Assembly: GCA_044220725.1 (NCBI GenBank) | Contig: JBGAQN010000001.1 | Coordinates: forward strand, 6,935-70,934 | DNA: 64,000 nucleotides | DNA from: Dermatophilaceae bacterium | GTDB taxonomy: Bacteria; Actinomycetota; Actinomycetes; Actinomycetales; Dermatophilaceae | Reading direction: 5' to 3' | Part shown: positions 19,935 through 28,665 of the stretch, in pieces | How the letters are laid out: every line of letters begins with the position of its first letter | How positions within the stretch are numbered: position 1 is the first letter of the stretch | Notes under the pieces: model-generated | Database searches by the model: none | Told to the model about the DNA's origin: nothing | The model's input: only the letters and a program-made list of their open reading frames with translations | Made by a program: the position numbers and the translations under genes

Positions 19935-21098
19935 TCAGACAGGCGGGGCCGGAAACAGCCGCTGCCCAAGCGCATCGGCGAACTTCGCCAGCACCGGTCC
20001 CACCACCGCAAGGATGAGCACGTATGCCGTCGCGATCAGCCCGACCCTTGGGTGCCCGCCCGCCACGGCCAGCCCCGCGATGACGACCGAAAACTCTCCG
20101 CGTGGGGCGAGGGTCAGCCCTGCGCGAAGGCGGCCACGACGCTGGACGCCGTCTCGGCGCGCGGCATACCAGCCGGTCGCCAGCTTGGTGAACACCCCGA
20201 CGACAGCCAGGACCAACGCGAGCGGCAGTTGACCCAGCAGCTCGCGAGGATCGGTGGACAAGCCGAAGGACACGAAGAAGATCGCCGCGAAGAGGTCTCG
20301 TTGGGGGCCCAAAATATCCCGGGCGCGTTCGGCCAGCGTGCCGGGGATGGCGATGCCGACGAGGAACGCACCGACCGCGGCACTGGCTCCGAGCAGGTGC
20401 GTGGCGGCAGCGACGAGCATGGTGAGCCCGAGCACGCGTAGCATCACCTGCTCGTCCTGCTCGTGGGACAGGATCGCCCCGATGCGGTGGCTGGCTCGGG
20501 TGGCGGCCAGCAGCGCGAGCGACACCGCCCCGACGGCTAGGGCGATTCCGCCGAGGGCCTGGGCCAGGCCCCCGCCGACCAAGACGACGAGCAGAATCGG
20601 CAGATAGACCGCCATGGCGAGGTCTTCGAGCACGAGGACGGACAGGAGGGAGGGGGTCTCCCGGTTGCCGAGTCGGTCGAGGTCACGCAGGAGCTGGGCG
20701 ACGATGCCCGAGGAGGAGATCCAGGTCAGCCCACCCATCGCGAAGGCCGCCGGCCAGGGCAGTCCAAACGCCAGCGCGATGGCGAACCCCGGCAGGGCGT
20801 TAAAGAGTAGGTCGACCACACCCGACGCCCGATGCCTGGCCAAGCTCGCGGACAACTCGGCCGGGGCGAATTCCAACCCGAGGGTGAGCAGAAGCAGCAG
20901 GACGCCGACTTCGGCGGCGATCGTCACGAACTCGCCCGAGGCCGCCACCGGCGCGACACCGCCCTCGCCGAAAGCAAGACCGGCCAACAGATAGAAGGGA
21001 ATTGGCGACAGGCCGAACCGGCGAGCGACCACGCCGAGCAACGAGACTCCAACGAAGATGAAGCCCAACTCGACGAAGACGAGCCCTAAGTGGTCCAT
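19935..21098 (-). CDS. CPA2-family cation:proton antiporter
   Basis: ORF 19935..21098, polytopic: MDHLGLVFVELGFIFVGVSLLGVVARRFGLSPIPFYLLAGLAFG. Confidence 0.85.
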   Translation of the reverse strand: MDHLGLVFVELGFIFVGVSLLGVVARRFGLSPIPFYLLAGLAFGEGGVAPVAASGEFVTIAAEVGVLLLLLTLGLEFAPAELSASLARHRASGVVDLLFNALPGFAIALAFGLPWPAAFAMGGLTWISSSGIVAQLLRDLDRLGNRETPSLLSVLVLEDLAMAVYLPILLVVLVGGGLAQALGGIALAVGAVSLALLAATRASHRIGAILSHEQDEQVMLRVLGLTMLVAAATHLLGASAAVGAFLVGIAIPGTLAERARDILGPQRDLFAAIFFVSFGLSTDPRELLGQLPLALVLAVVGVFTKLATGWYAARRDGVQRRGRLRAGLTLAPRGEFSVVIAGLAVAGGHPRVGLIATAYVLILAVVGPVLAKFADALGQRLFPAPPV

Positions 21099-21138
21099 GT
21101 GTCAGTGGTGGTCCATCAGTCAGTGGTGACTCATGGCG

Positions 21139-21660
21139 TCAGTCGAGCTCGTCGGGCAGCGGGAACGGCTCGTCCTCCGGCGACATCGCCAGGATGGTGG
21201 CCAGATCGGCCAGACCCGAATCCGACCCGATCGCGACGACGGTATCGCCGGCCATGAGCACCGTTCGGGGTCCGGGTGCGGCATACACCTGCGCGCCTCG
21301 GACGACGGCAACGATGGAGCAGCCCGTTCGGGTGCGCGCCTTGCTGTCGCCGAGGCGGCGCCCGTCATAGCGGCTCCCCGGGGCGATGCCAAAGCGGGCG
21401 GAGGACAGGCCGGGCACCTCCTTGGTGAGGTCGGCGACCCGAGCCGAGACCCGGGGCGAGCCGAGGATTTCGGCGAGCGCGGCGACCTCGGTGGGCCCCA
21501 AGCGCAGCGAATGGGCGACCGAGTCGGGGTCGTCGCGCTTGTAGGCGACCAACTCGGCGTCTCCGTCGCGTCCGATGACCACGGAGATCGGGGAGCCGGA
21601 GCGGGTCGTCGCGTCGTAACGCACGCCGACGCCGGGAAGGAGGGTCTGGTGGAACTCCAT
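21139..21660 (-). CDS. TrkA-C/RCK_C regulatory subunit for the antiporter (KhtT-like)
   Basis: Within ORF 21139..21738. MEFHQTLLPGVGVRYDATTRSG...GRRLGDSKARTRTGCSIVAVVRGAQV...GDTVVAIGS. Confidence 0.75.
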   Translation of the reverse strand: MEFHQTLLPGVGVRYDATTRSGSPISVVIGRDGDAELVAYKRDDPDSVAHSLRLGPTEVAALAEILGSPRVSARVADLTKEVPGLSSARFGIAPGSRYDGRRLGDSKARTRTGCSIVAVVRGAQVYAAPGPRTVLMAGDTVVAIGSDSGLADLATILAMSPEDEPFPLPDELD

Positions 21661-21746
21661 GCCATGATCCAAGCAGAGCATCGCCGTGTGGTGGCCGCTG
21701 GCCGCCGCACTGTCGGGATGACGGCAGACAGGGTTCAATAGCGCCC

Positions 21747-22811
21747 GTGAGCATCGTCCGCCGCCTCGTCATCGCGATCGGGTCGTTGCTCGCTGTCACG
21801 GTCTACGGGGTCATCGGGTATCTCATCCTCGGGTACACCCTGTTAGACGCCATGTACCAAGCGGTCATGACGCTCACCACGGTCGGCTATGGCGAGCCCA
21901 TGGACCCGACACCGGTGCGCAAGGCGTTCTCGATCAGTCTGATGATCCTCGGCGTCGGCATCGCGCTCTACAACCTCACCGTCATGGTCGGGACGATCAC
22001 CGAGGGTGAGGTCCGCACGTATTTCGAAAGGCGTCGGATGGACAAGCGCATCTCCGGCATGAGTGGCCACGTCATCATCTGTGGCCACGGAAGGGTCGGC
22101 AAGTCGGCCCGCGAGCACCTCAAGAACATCGGCTCCCAAGTGGTCGTCGTCGATACCGTTCCCGAGCGGGTGATCCACCTGGAGGACCCCCACCTGGTCG
22201 GTGACTGCACCCGTGACGACGTGCTCAAGGCGGCCGGCATCGAGCGGGCCCGGGCCCTCATCGCGACCCTGGAGACCGACGCGGACACGGTTTACCTCAC
22301 CCTGTCCGCCCGGGCCTTGCGACCCGACCTGGTCATCATCTCGCGGGCTCGGACCGTGGACTCCAAAGAGAAGCTCGTCCTGGCCGGAGCCACCCGGGCG
22401 GTCAACCCGCAACTCATCGGGGGCCGCCGGATGGCCGCCTTCGCGCTCAACGCGCACGTGGCGGAGTTCCTCGACGTCGTCATGCACGACGAGGAGTTGG
22501 ACTTCCGCATCGAGCAGATTCGCATCCCCGTCGACTCGCCTCTGCGCGACCGCACCCTGGGCGAACTGGACCTCGAGGAAGCCTCGGGTGTGCGGTTGCT
22601 CGCCTACCGACCAGGCCCCCGTATGCCGTTCGCTCCCCACCCGTCAGCCGACACTGTGCTCGGCCCCGGGTCGGTGCTCATCGCGTTCGGGACGATGGTC
22701 CAGATCGAACAACTCATCGCACTCGCTGCGCCCGAGGCAGCGACCCTCGGCCCGGGCCCGGCGGCCCCGGGTGGCCCGACCTCGCCGTTGATCGCCCGTT
22801 CGCCGGCCTGA
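21747..22811 (+). CDS. RCK-gated potassium channel (2-TM pore + TrkA-N/TrkA-C)
   Basis: ORF 21747..22811: selectivity filter TLTTVGYGE; HVIICGHGRVGKSA (Rossmann); C-terminal RCK_C. Confidence 0.85.
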   Translation: MSIVRRLVIAIGSLLAVTVYGVIGYLILGYTLLDAMYQAVMTLTTVGYGEPMDPTPVRKAFSISLMILGVGIALYNLTVMVGTITEGEVRTYFERRRMDKRISGMSGHVIICGHGRVGKSAREHLKNIGSQVVVVDTVPERVIHLEDPHLVGDCTRDDVLKAAGIERARALIATLETDADTVYLTLSARALRPDLVIISRARTVDSKEKLVLAGATRAVNPQLIGGRRMAAFALNAHVAEFLDVVMHDEELDFRIEQIRIPVDSPLRDRTLGELDLEEASGVRLLAYRPGPRMPFAPHPSADTVLGPGSVLIAFGTMVQIEQLIALAAPEAATLGPGPAAPGGPTSPLIARSPA

Positions 22812-22863
22812 GCTCGACAGGCCCCTGCCGCACTGAGATCACGCCCCTGTGCCTGGCCTCAGC

Positions 22864-24093
22864 TTAGGCGTCGCTCGGCTCGTCGAGCAGCCGCACGACC
22901 AGGCCGGTGCGCAGCTTTGGGGTGAAGAACGTCGACTTGGGTGGCATAAGCAGACCCGCACGGGCGGTCTGCTGGATCTGCTCCATGCTGGGCGGGCGGA
23001 TGAGGATCGCCGCTGTCTCCGGCTCTCGGCTCAGCACGTCGAGCACCTCAGGAACGCCGTGCTGGTAGTCCACCACGAGGTCCACTCCGGCCAGGGTGTG
23101 CTCCAACCAGGCCCCATCCAGAGCCCGGACCCCGTCGAAGGCACCCGGGCGAGGACGCAGCCACGTCAACTCGCCGTCGGATTCCAGGAGCGCGAGACAT
23201 TCGCGGCGGGCCAGCTCGATCACCACTCTCGACGTGTTTCCCCTGTCGATGGCACCTGCCGGGACAAGGTCAAAATCACGCCCCAACAGCTCACGCAGTC
23301 GCCGGCTTGGCAGACCGCGGACGATCCGGTGGATCGCTTCGATGGCCAGCTGGTCCGGGGCGAGTTCGCCGACGAAGGCGAGGGTCGAGCGGGCCGGAGC
23401 GGACGGCATACCGGCCGCTGTCAGCTCGTCGCGGTAGTGGCGAGCGACCCCGTAGCGGTGATGCCCGTCGGCGATGAGGACGTCGTCGCTGCCGATGATG
23501 GCTGCGATCGCAGCGATCCGAACCGGGTCGGTGACTCGTTCGACGAGGTGCTCGACGCCGTCGACGGTGACCGCACCCATCGGTTCGCCCTCCGCGGCCA
23601 GCGCCGCCGTCAGCCCGGCAGCCAAGGACAGTCCCCACACGGGCGAGAGATTTGCTCGGGTCGCGCGGGTGAGGTCCAGCCGGTCCGTCGAGGCCTTCGC
23701 CGTGGTGCGCTCGTGCGGCAGCACCCGCCCCGCACCAGCGTCGACCACCTCCAGCCCCCCAAGCACTCCGACGAGTTCGCGGGCTGTTCCGGTGGCGTCG
23801 ACGAAACGCATCCGGTAGATGGTGACGGTGGGCGCTTCGTCGCGGATCAGCACCCCGTTGGCCTGCCAGTCCACCAGCAGTCGCGCCGCGGCGGCATACC
23901 GACCCGTTTCCCGACCCGCGGGGATGTCGACGTGGACGATGTTGTGCGGGCTACGGGCCCGCAGTGCTGCCACGTCGGCGTCGGAGAGCACGTCGTAGGG
24001 CGGCGCGATGACCGCCGACCAGTCCGCTGTCGCGGGGTAACGCAAGGCCCGGAACGGCTCGAACCGCGGCCCGGTCAAGTCTGGGTGCGGCAT
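22864..24093 (-). CDS. DUF1015 domain protein
   Basis: ORF 22864..24093: FEPFRALRYP...VIAPPYDVLSDAD...LIADGHHRY. Confidence 0.8.
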   Translation of the reverse strand: MPHPDLTGPRFEPFRALRYPATADWSAVIAPPYDVLSDADVAALRARSPHNIVHVDIPAGRETGRYAAAARLLVDWQANGVLIRDEAPTVTIYRMRFVDATGTARELVGVLGGLEVVDAGAGRVLPHERTTAKASTDRLDLTRATRANLSPVWGLSLAAGLTAALAAEGEPMGAVTVDGVEHLVERVTDPVRIAAIAAIIGSDDVLIADGHHRYGVARHYRDELTAAGMPSAPARSTLAFVGELAPDQLAIEAIHRIVRGLPSRRLRELLGRDFDLVPAGAIDRGNTSRVVIELARRECLALLESDGELTWLRPRPGAFDGVRALDGAWLEHTLAGVDLVVDYQHGVPEVLDVLSREPETAAILIRPPSMEQIQQTARAGLLMPPKSTFFTPKLRTGLVVRLLDEPSDA

Positions 24094-24360
24094 ACCCCAA
24101 GTCTAGGTGGGCAGGGTCAGCGCCCGTTGCGCACGTTTCGAGATGCGCAACCTTCCCGACTGGTCCACAATGATTCGCGTATGCCGCGTGTCGGCGAACG
24201 GTGGCGCCCCCCCTCGCGCCCATCGCTCGGGCCATGCCCCTGGCTCTCCCTACACGCGGCATACTCATGTCCGGCATCGGTGGCGGGGGCGACCGGCGTG
24301 GGACACTCTGGGTGAGCTCCGACCCGGGGCCGCCGGACCAGGGAGGCACGCGGGCACCGC

Positions 24361-26496
24361 ATGAACTTCTACTCCATCTATGACCATGGCTTCGCGAGGG
24401 TCGCGGCCTGCACGCTGCCAGTGCGGCTGGTCGACCCGGCGGCCAACGTCGCGGCCACGCTGCAGGTGGCGCGCGAGTGCCACGCCGAGGGTGTGGCCGT
24501 CGCGGTCTTCCCCGAGTTGGGGCTGACGGGCTATTCCCTCGACGACCTCGTGTTGTCCGATCCCTTGCTTGATGCGGTCGAGATCGCTCTCGGCGAATTG
24601 GTGCGCTCCTCAAGAGAATTGCTGCCGGTCCTGGTCGTCGGCGCGCCGCTGCGGGCGCGGGGTCGGGTCTACAACTGCGCGGTGGTGGTGCACCGCGGGC
24701 AGATCCTCGGCGTGACTCCGAAGTCCTATCTGCCGACCTATCGCGAGTTCTACGAGTCGCGAACCATCGCGGCCGGCCACGACGCCCGTGGGACGATCCG
24801 GGTCGAGCTGGGGTCGGGCGGGTCCGGCGAGTCGGGCGGGTCCGGCGAGTCGGGCCGGTCCGGCGGGTCCGGCGAGTTGGGCGAGTCCGACGGGTCCGGC
24901 GAGTCCGTGGAGGTGCCGTTCGGGCCGGACCTGCTGTTCCGGGCCGTCGATGTGCCCGACCTCGTCGTCCACGTCGAGATCTGCGAGGACATGTGGGTGC
25001 CGATCCCGCCGTCGGCCGAGGCGGCGCTCGCGGGCGCCACCGTCCTGGTCAACGTGTCCGGCTCCCCAATCACCGTCGCCAAGGCGCGCGACCGAGCGAT
25101 GCTCGCCGAGTCCGCCTCCTCGCGGTGCCTCGCGGCATACGTGTATGCCGCTGCAGGAGAAGGCGAGTCGAGCACCGACCTCGCGTGGGACGGCCAGACG
25201 ATGGTGTGGGAGAACGGCACCCTCCTGGCGGAGAGCGAGCGCTTCCCGGCCGGGCCGCGCAGGTCGGTCGCTGACGTCCACCTGGCCCGGTTGCGGCAGG
25301 AGCGGATGCGGCAAGGGACCTTCGACGACAACCGCCGCACCCACGCGGCCCGGGTCGGGACCTTCCGCGAGGTGACCTTCCGGCTCGACCCGCCGCGCTC
25401 GGACCTCGGGTTGCGCCGGGCGGTCGACCGCTATCCGTTCGTGCCGGACGACCCGGCGCGGCTGGCGCAGGACTGTTACGAGGCGTATTCAATCCAGGTG
25501 GCCGGGCTGGAGCAGCGGCTGCGCGCGATCGGGCGACCGACCGTCGTCATCGGGGTGTCCGGTGGGCTGGACTCGACACATGCGCTCATCGTCGCCTGCC
25601 GGGCGATGGACCGGCTGGACCGGCCGCGCTCGGACGTGCTGGCCTTCACCATGCCCGGGTTCGCCACGTCCGACCACACCAAGGGCAACGCGATCCGGCT
25701 CATGGAGGCGCTCGGGGTGACCTGGGAGGAGTTGGACATCCGACCCGCCGCGACCCAACTGCTGCGCGACCTGGGACACCCCGCCGGGCGGGGCGAGCCG
25801 GTCTATGACGTGACTTTCGAGAACGTCCAGGCCGGCTTGCGCACCGACTACCTGTTCCGAATCGCCAACCAGCGCAAGGGGATTGTCCTCGGCACGGGGG
25901 ATCTGTCCGAGCTGGCCTTGGGCTGGTGCACCTATGGTGTGGGCGACCAGATGTCGCATTACGGCGTCAACACCGGCGTCCCCAAGACACTCATCCAGCA
26001 CCTCATCCGCTGGGTCATCGCCTCTGGGCAGTTCTCCGAGGACGTGGGGGCGACCCTGCACTCGATCCTCGACACGACCATTTCGCCGGAGCTCGTCCCG
26101 ACCCGAGAGGGTGAGGCGGCGCAGTCGACCGAGGCGTCGATCGGGCCCTATGCCCTGCAGGACTTCGCCCTCTTCTACGTCCTGCGCCACGGGTTGCGCC
26201 CGTCGACCATCGCCTTCCTCGCGTGGCACGCCTGGCATGACGCGGCGAGCGGGCAGTGGCCGGAAGGTTTCCCCGAGGGCGCGCGGACGGCATACACCGT
26301 GGGCGAGATCCGGCACTGGCTGGACGTCTTCCTCCAGCGGTTCTTCGCCAACCAGTTCAAGCGGTCGGCGCTGCCCAACGGCCCCAAGGTGGTCCGCGGC
26401 GGGTCGCTGTCCCCCCGCGGCGACTGGCGTATGCCGTCCGACGCGTCCGCCCGGGTCTGGCTCGACGAGCTGCGCGGCGCGGTCCCCGAGGGCTGA
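24361..26496 (+). CDS. nadE: glutamine-dependent NAD+ synthetase (large form)
   Basis: ORF 24361..26496: nitrilase-like FPELGLTGYSLDDL, EICEDMW; PP-loop GVSGGLDSTHAL. Confidence 0.9.
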   Translation: MNFYSIYDHGFARVAACTLPVRLVDPAANVAATLQVARECHAEGVAVAVFPELGLTGYSLDDLVLSDPLLDAVEIALGELVRSSRELLPVLVVGAPLRARGRVYNCAVVVHRGQILGVTPKSYLPTYREFYESRTIAAGHDARGTIRVELGSGGSGESGGSGESGRSGGSGELGESDGSGESVEVPFGPDLLFRAVDVPDLVVHVEICEDMWVPIPPSAEAALAGATVLVNVSGSPITVAKARDRAMLAESASSRCLAAYVYAAAGEGESSTDLAWDGQTMVWENGTLLAESERFPAGPRRSVADVHLARLRQERMRQGTFDDNRRTHAARVGTFREVTFRLDPPRSDLGLRRAVDRYPFVPDDPARLAQDCYEAYSIQVAGLEQRLRAIGRPTVVIGVSGGLDSTHALIVACRAMDRLDRPRSDVLAFTMPGFATSDHTKGNAIRLMEALGVTWEELDIRPAATQLLRDLGHPAGRGEPVYDVTFENVQAGLRTDYLFRIANQRKGIVLGTGDLSELALGWCTYGVGDQMSHYGVNTGVPKTLIQHLIRWVIASGQFSEDVGATLHSILDTTISPELVPTREGEAAQSTEASIGPYALQDFALFYVLRHGLRPSTIAFLAWHAWHDAASGQWPEGFPEGARTAYTVGEIRHWLDVFLQRFFANQFKRSALPNGPKVVRGGSLSPRGDWRMPSDASARVWLDELRGAVPEG

Positions 26497-26559
26497 CCAC
26501 CGCCGAGTCTTTTGTTGACTGATCGTTCTTGACTGATCGGTCATCTATTTGACACGATC

Positions 26560-26943
26560 ATGCACATGGGCAGGAATCGGACTTTCGACGAGGACGACGT
26601 CGTGGCCCGGGCAGCCGCCATCTTCCTCCGGCAGGGCTACGAGGGGACCTCGATCGACACCCTCTTGGCGGCCACGGGACTGCACCGCGGCAGCCTCTAC
26701 CAGGCCTTCGCGAGCAAACGCGGGCTGTTCCTCGCGGCGCTGCGTCGGACCAGTGCCGATGCTGCGACCAGCCGCGACGACGACGCCATCGATCTGCTGC
26801 TCGTCGCCCTCGTCGAACTCGCCCCACGCGACGCCGAGGTGCGGGCCCTCTGCGCCACCGCACTGGCTCCGCTGACCCAGCCGGAAGCCGTCCAGCTCTT
26901 GGGGACTCGGTTGCTCGCCCGGGCCCATCTCATCGAGCAGTGA
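26560..26943 (+). CDS. TetR-family transcriptional regulator (short)
   Basis: ORF 26560..26943: HTH GYEGTSIDTLLAATGLHRGSLYQAFASKRGLF. Confidence 0.7.
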   Translation: MHMGRNRTFDEDDVVARAAAIFLRQGYEGTSIDTLLAATGLHRGSLYQAFASKRGLFLAALRRTSADAATSRDDDAIDLLLVALVELAPRDAEVRALCATALAPLTQPEAVQLLGTRLLARAHLIEQ

Positions 26944-26956
26944 AAGGAGCGTCATC

Positions 26957-27313
26957 GTGAACCTCGTGACCGTGAGCGACGGCTACCTCATCGTCGAGCC
27001 CAAAGGTCTGGACAAGGTCTGGGCTCTGACTCGCCAACTGCGCATCCCCCTGGCCCATGTCCGGGGCGCGACGGCCGACCCCGGTGCGGCGCGTGGCTAC
27101 AAGGGCCTGCGCAATCCGGGGTTGGGGGTCCCCGGCCTCAAGTGGGCCGGGACCTTCACCCGCGATGGCGAACGGCACTTCTGGAACGTCACCGGTTCGG
27201 CGTTGACGATCGTCGTGCAACTGGCCGACGAGGATTTCGATCGGCTCTACCTCACCGTTCGCGAGCCAGGCCCGACCGTGGACGCGATCAACGCCGCCAT
27301 CGCGGCTGCCTGA
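26957..27313 (+). CDS. hypothetical protein
   Basis: ORF 26957..27313. GTG start preceded by AAAGGAG, 13 nt after the TetR stop. High GC3. Confidence 0.5.
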   Translation: MNLVTVSDGYLIVEPKGLDKVWALTRQLRIPLAHVRGATADPGAARGYKGLRNPGLGVPGLKWAGTFTRDGERHFWNVTGSALTIVVQLADEDFDRLYLTVREPGPTVDAINAAIAAA

Positions 27314-27440
27314 GTGCGGTGAGACGCGGTCCGCGCCGTTGAGTGCGGCGCATCGCGGTCCGCGTTCGGTTGAGTGCGGCGCATCGCGGCCCGCGTTCGG
27401 TTGAGTGCGGTGAAACGCGGTCCGCGTCACGCGTTCGACC
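27312..27440 (+). repeat. ~31-bp tandem repeat (GAGTGCGGCGCATCGCGGTCCGCGTTCGGTT), 4 units
   Basis: Units start at 27312, 27341, 27372 and 27403. Each contains the near-palindrome CGCGGTCCGCG. Convergent spacer. Confidence 0.8.
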
Positions 27441-27492
27441 ACACGCAATGGACGGTGCGGGGTGGCCGAACGCCCGGCGGCATACCTCAGCC

Positions 27493-28665
27493 TCAGGCGA
27501 GTGGGTTCCATCGGACGGCCAAGACCAGCGCACCGGCCACGACGAGGGCGGCCAGGAGGGCGAGGTATGCCGTGAGCTCGACGTTCTCGCGCTGCAGGAC
27601 CACCTCACGGGGGATCCCGCGCAGGACCTCTCCGAGTTGGGCAGCATCGCTGGCCCGATGGTAGGAACCGCCCGTGGCCGTGGCGACAGCCTGCAGGGTG
27701 GGCTCGTCGACGAGGAGGAAGTTGCCCCGGCCACCACCGCCACCTGCACCGCCTCCGCCACCTGCACCGCCTCCCCCACCACCTGCACCGCCACCGGGGA
27801 ACTGGTCGACCCCGTTGCGCGGCCCGAACTCGCCGAAGGCGTCGCCACCCAACTGCTCTGCGGTGCAAACCATTTGCGACGGAGTCGTGGTCCCGAAGCC
27901 GATGGGATAGACCCGGATCCGCCGCTCCGCCGCCAGCTTGGCAGCCGCAAACGGCAGCACGCCGCGCGTGTTCGCACCGTCGGTGAGCAAGACCACGATG
28001 TCCGAGACGAAGCCCCCGGTCGCTCCTGGAGGCGGGTCGATCACGCTCGGCACGGGGGCCTGGACCCCACGCTGCTGGGTGTTCTCCGGACCTGAGGGCA
28101 CCTCGCCGACCGGTTCGACCTGGCCGTTGATCGCCGCGATGGCATCGACCGAGGTGAGGATCGCCGACCCGATCGCCGTGCCCCGACCCGTGCTCAGCCC
28201 GTCGAGGGAGGTGAGCAGGGACTCCGAGTCGGTCGTCGGCGGGACGACGAGAGCCGCCGACCCGGAGAAGGCGACCAAGCCCATCCGAGTGTCGTCCGGC
28301 TGCGCCTGCACGAAGGCTCGAACCGCTTCGCGCGCCGCCGTCAGCCGGTTGGGCACGACGTCGGTGGCGCACATCGAGCGCGAGACGTCCACGGCCAGGA
28401 TGATGGCGGTCCGCTGCGCAGGCACCTCAACCGAGGCCTGCGGGCGGGCCACTGCCAGACCTAACAGACCCACGCCCAGCACCACGAGGGCCACCGGCAA
28501 ATGGGGGCGCCACCTCGACCGGGGCGGGAGTGCGGCCCGGACGAGCGCGAGATCCGGATGGCGGACGGCATACCGGCGCCGTCGCCGCAACGACCAGAGG
28601 TATGCCGCGAGCAGCGCCGGCGCGAGCAACACCGCGAGCACGGCGAGGGGCCAGGCGAACGACAT
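27493..28665 (-). CDS. VWA-domain membrane protein (BatA/BatB-like)
   Basis: ORF 27493..28665: N-terminal TM, MIDAS ILAVDVSRSM, poly-Gly insert, C-terminal TM. Confidence 0.85.
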   Translation of the reverse strand: MSFAWPLAVLAVLLAPALLAAYLWSLRRRRRYAVRHPDLALVRAALPPRSRWRPHLPVALVVLGVGLLGLAVARPQASVEVPAQRTAIILAVDVSRSMCATDVVPNRLTAAREAVRAFVQAQPDDTRMGLVAFSGSAALVVPPTTDSESLLTSLDGLSTGRGTAIGSAILTSVDAIAAINGQVEPVGEVPSGPENTQQRGVQAPVPSVIDPPPGATGGFVSDIVVLLTDGANTRGVLPFAAAKLAAERRIRVYPIGFGTTTPSQMVCTAEQLGGDAFGEFGPRNGVDQFPGGGAGGGGGGAGGGGGAGGGGGRGNFLLVDEPTLQAVATATGGSYHRASDAAQLGEVLRGIPREVVLQRENVELTAYLALLAALVVAGALVLAVRWNPLA

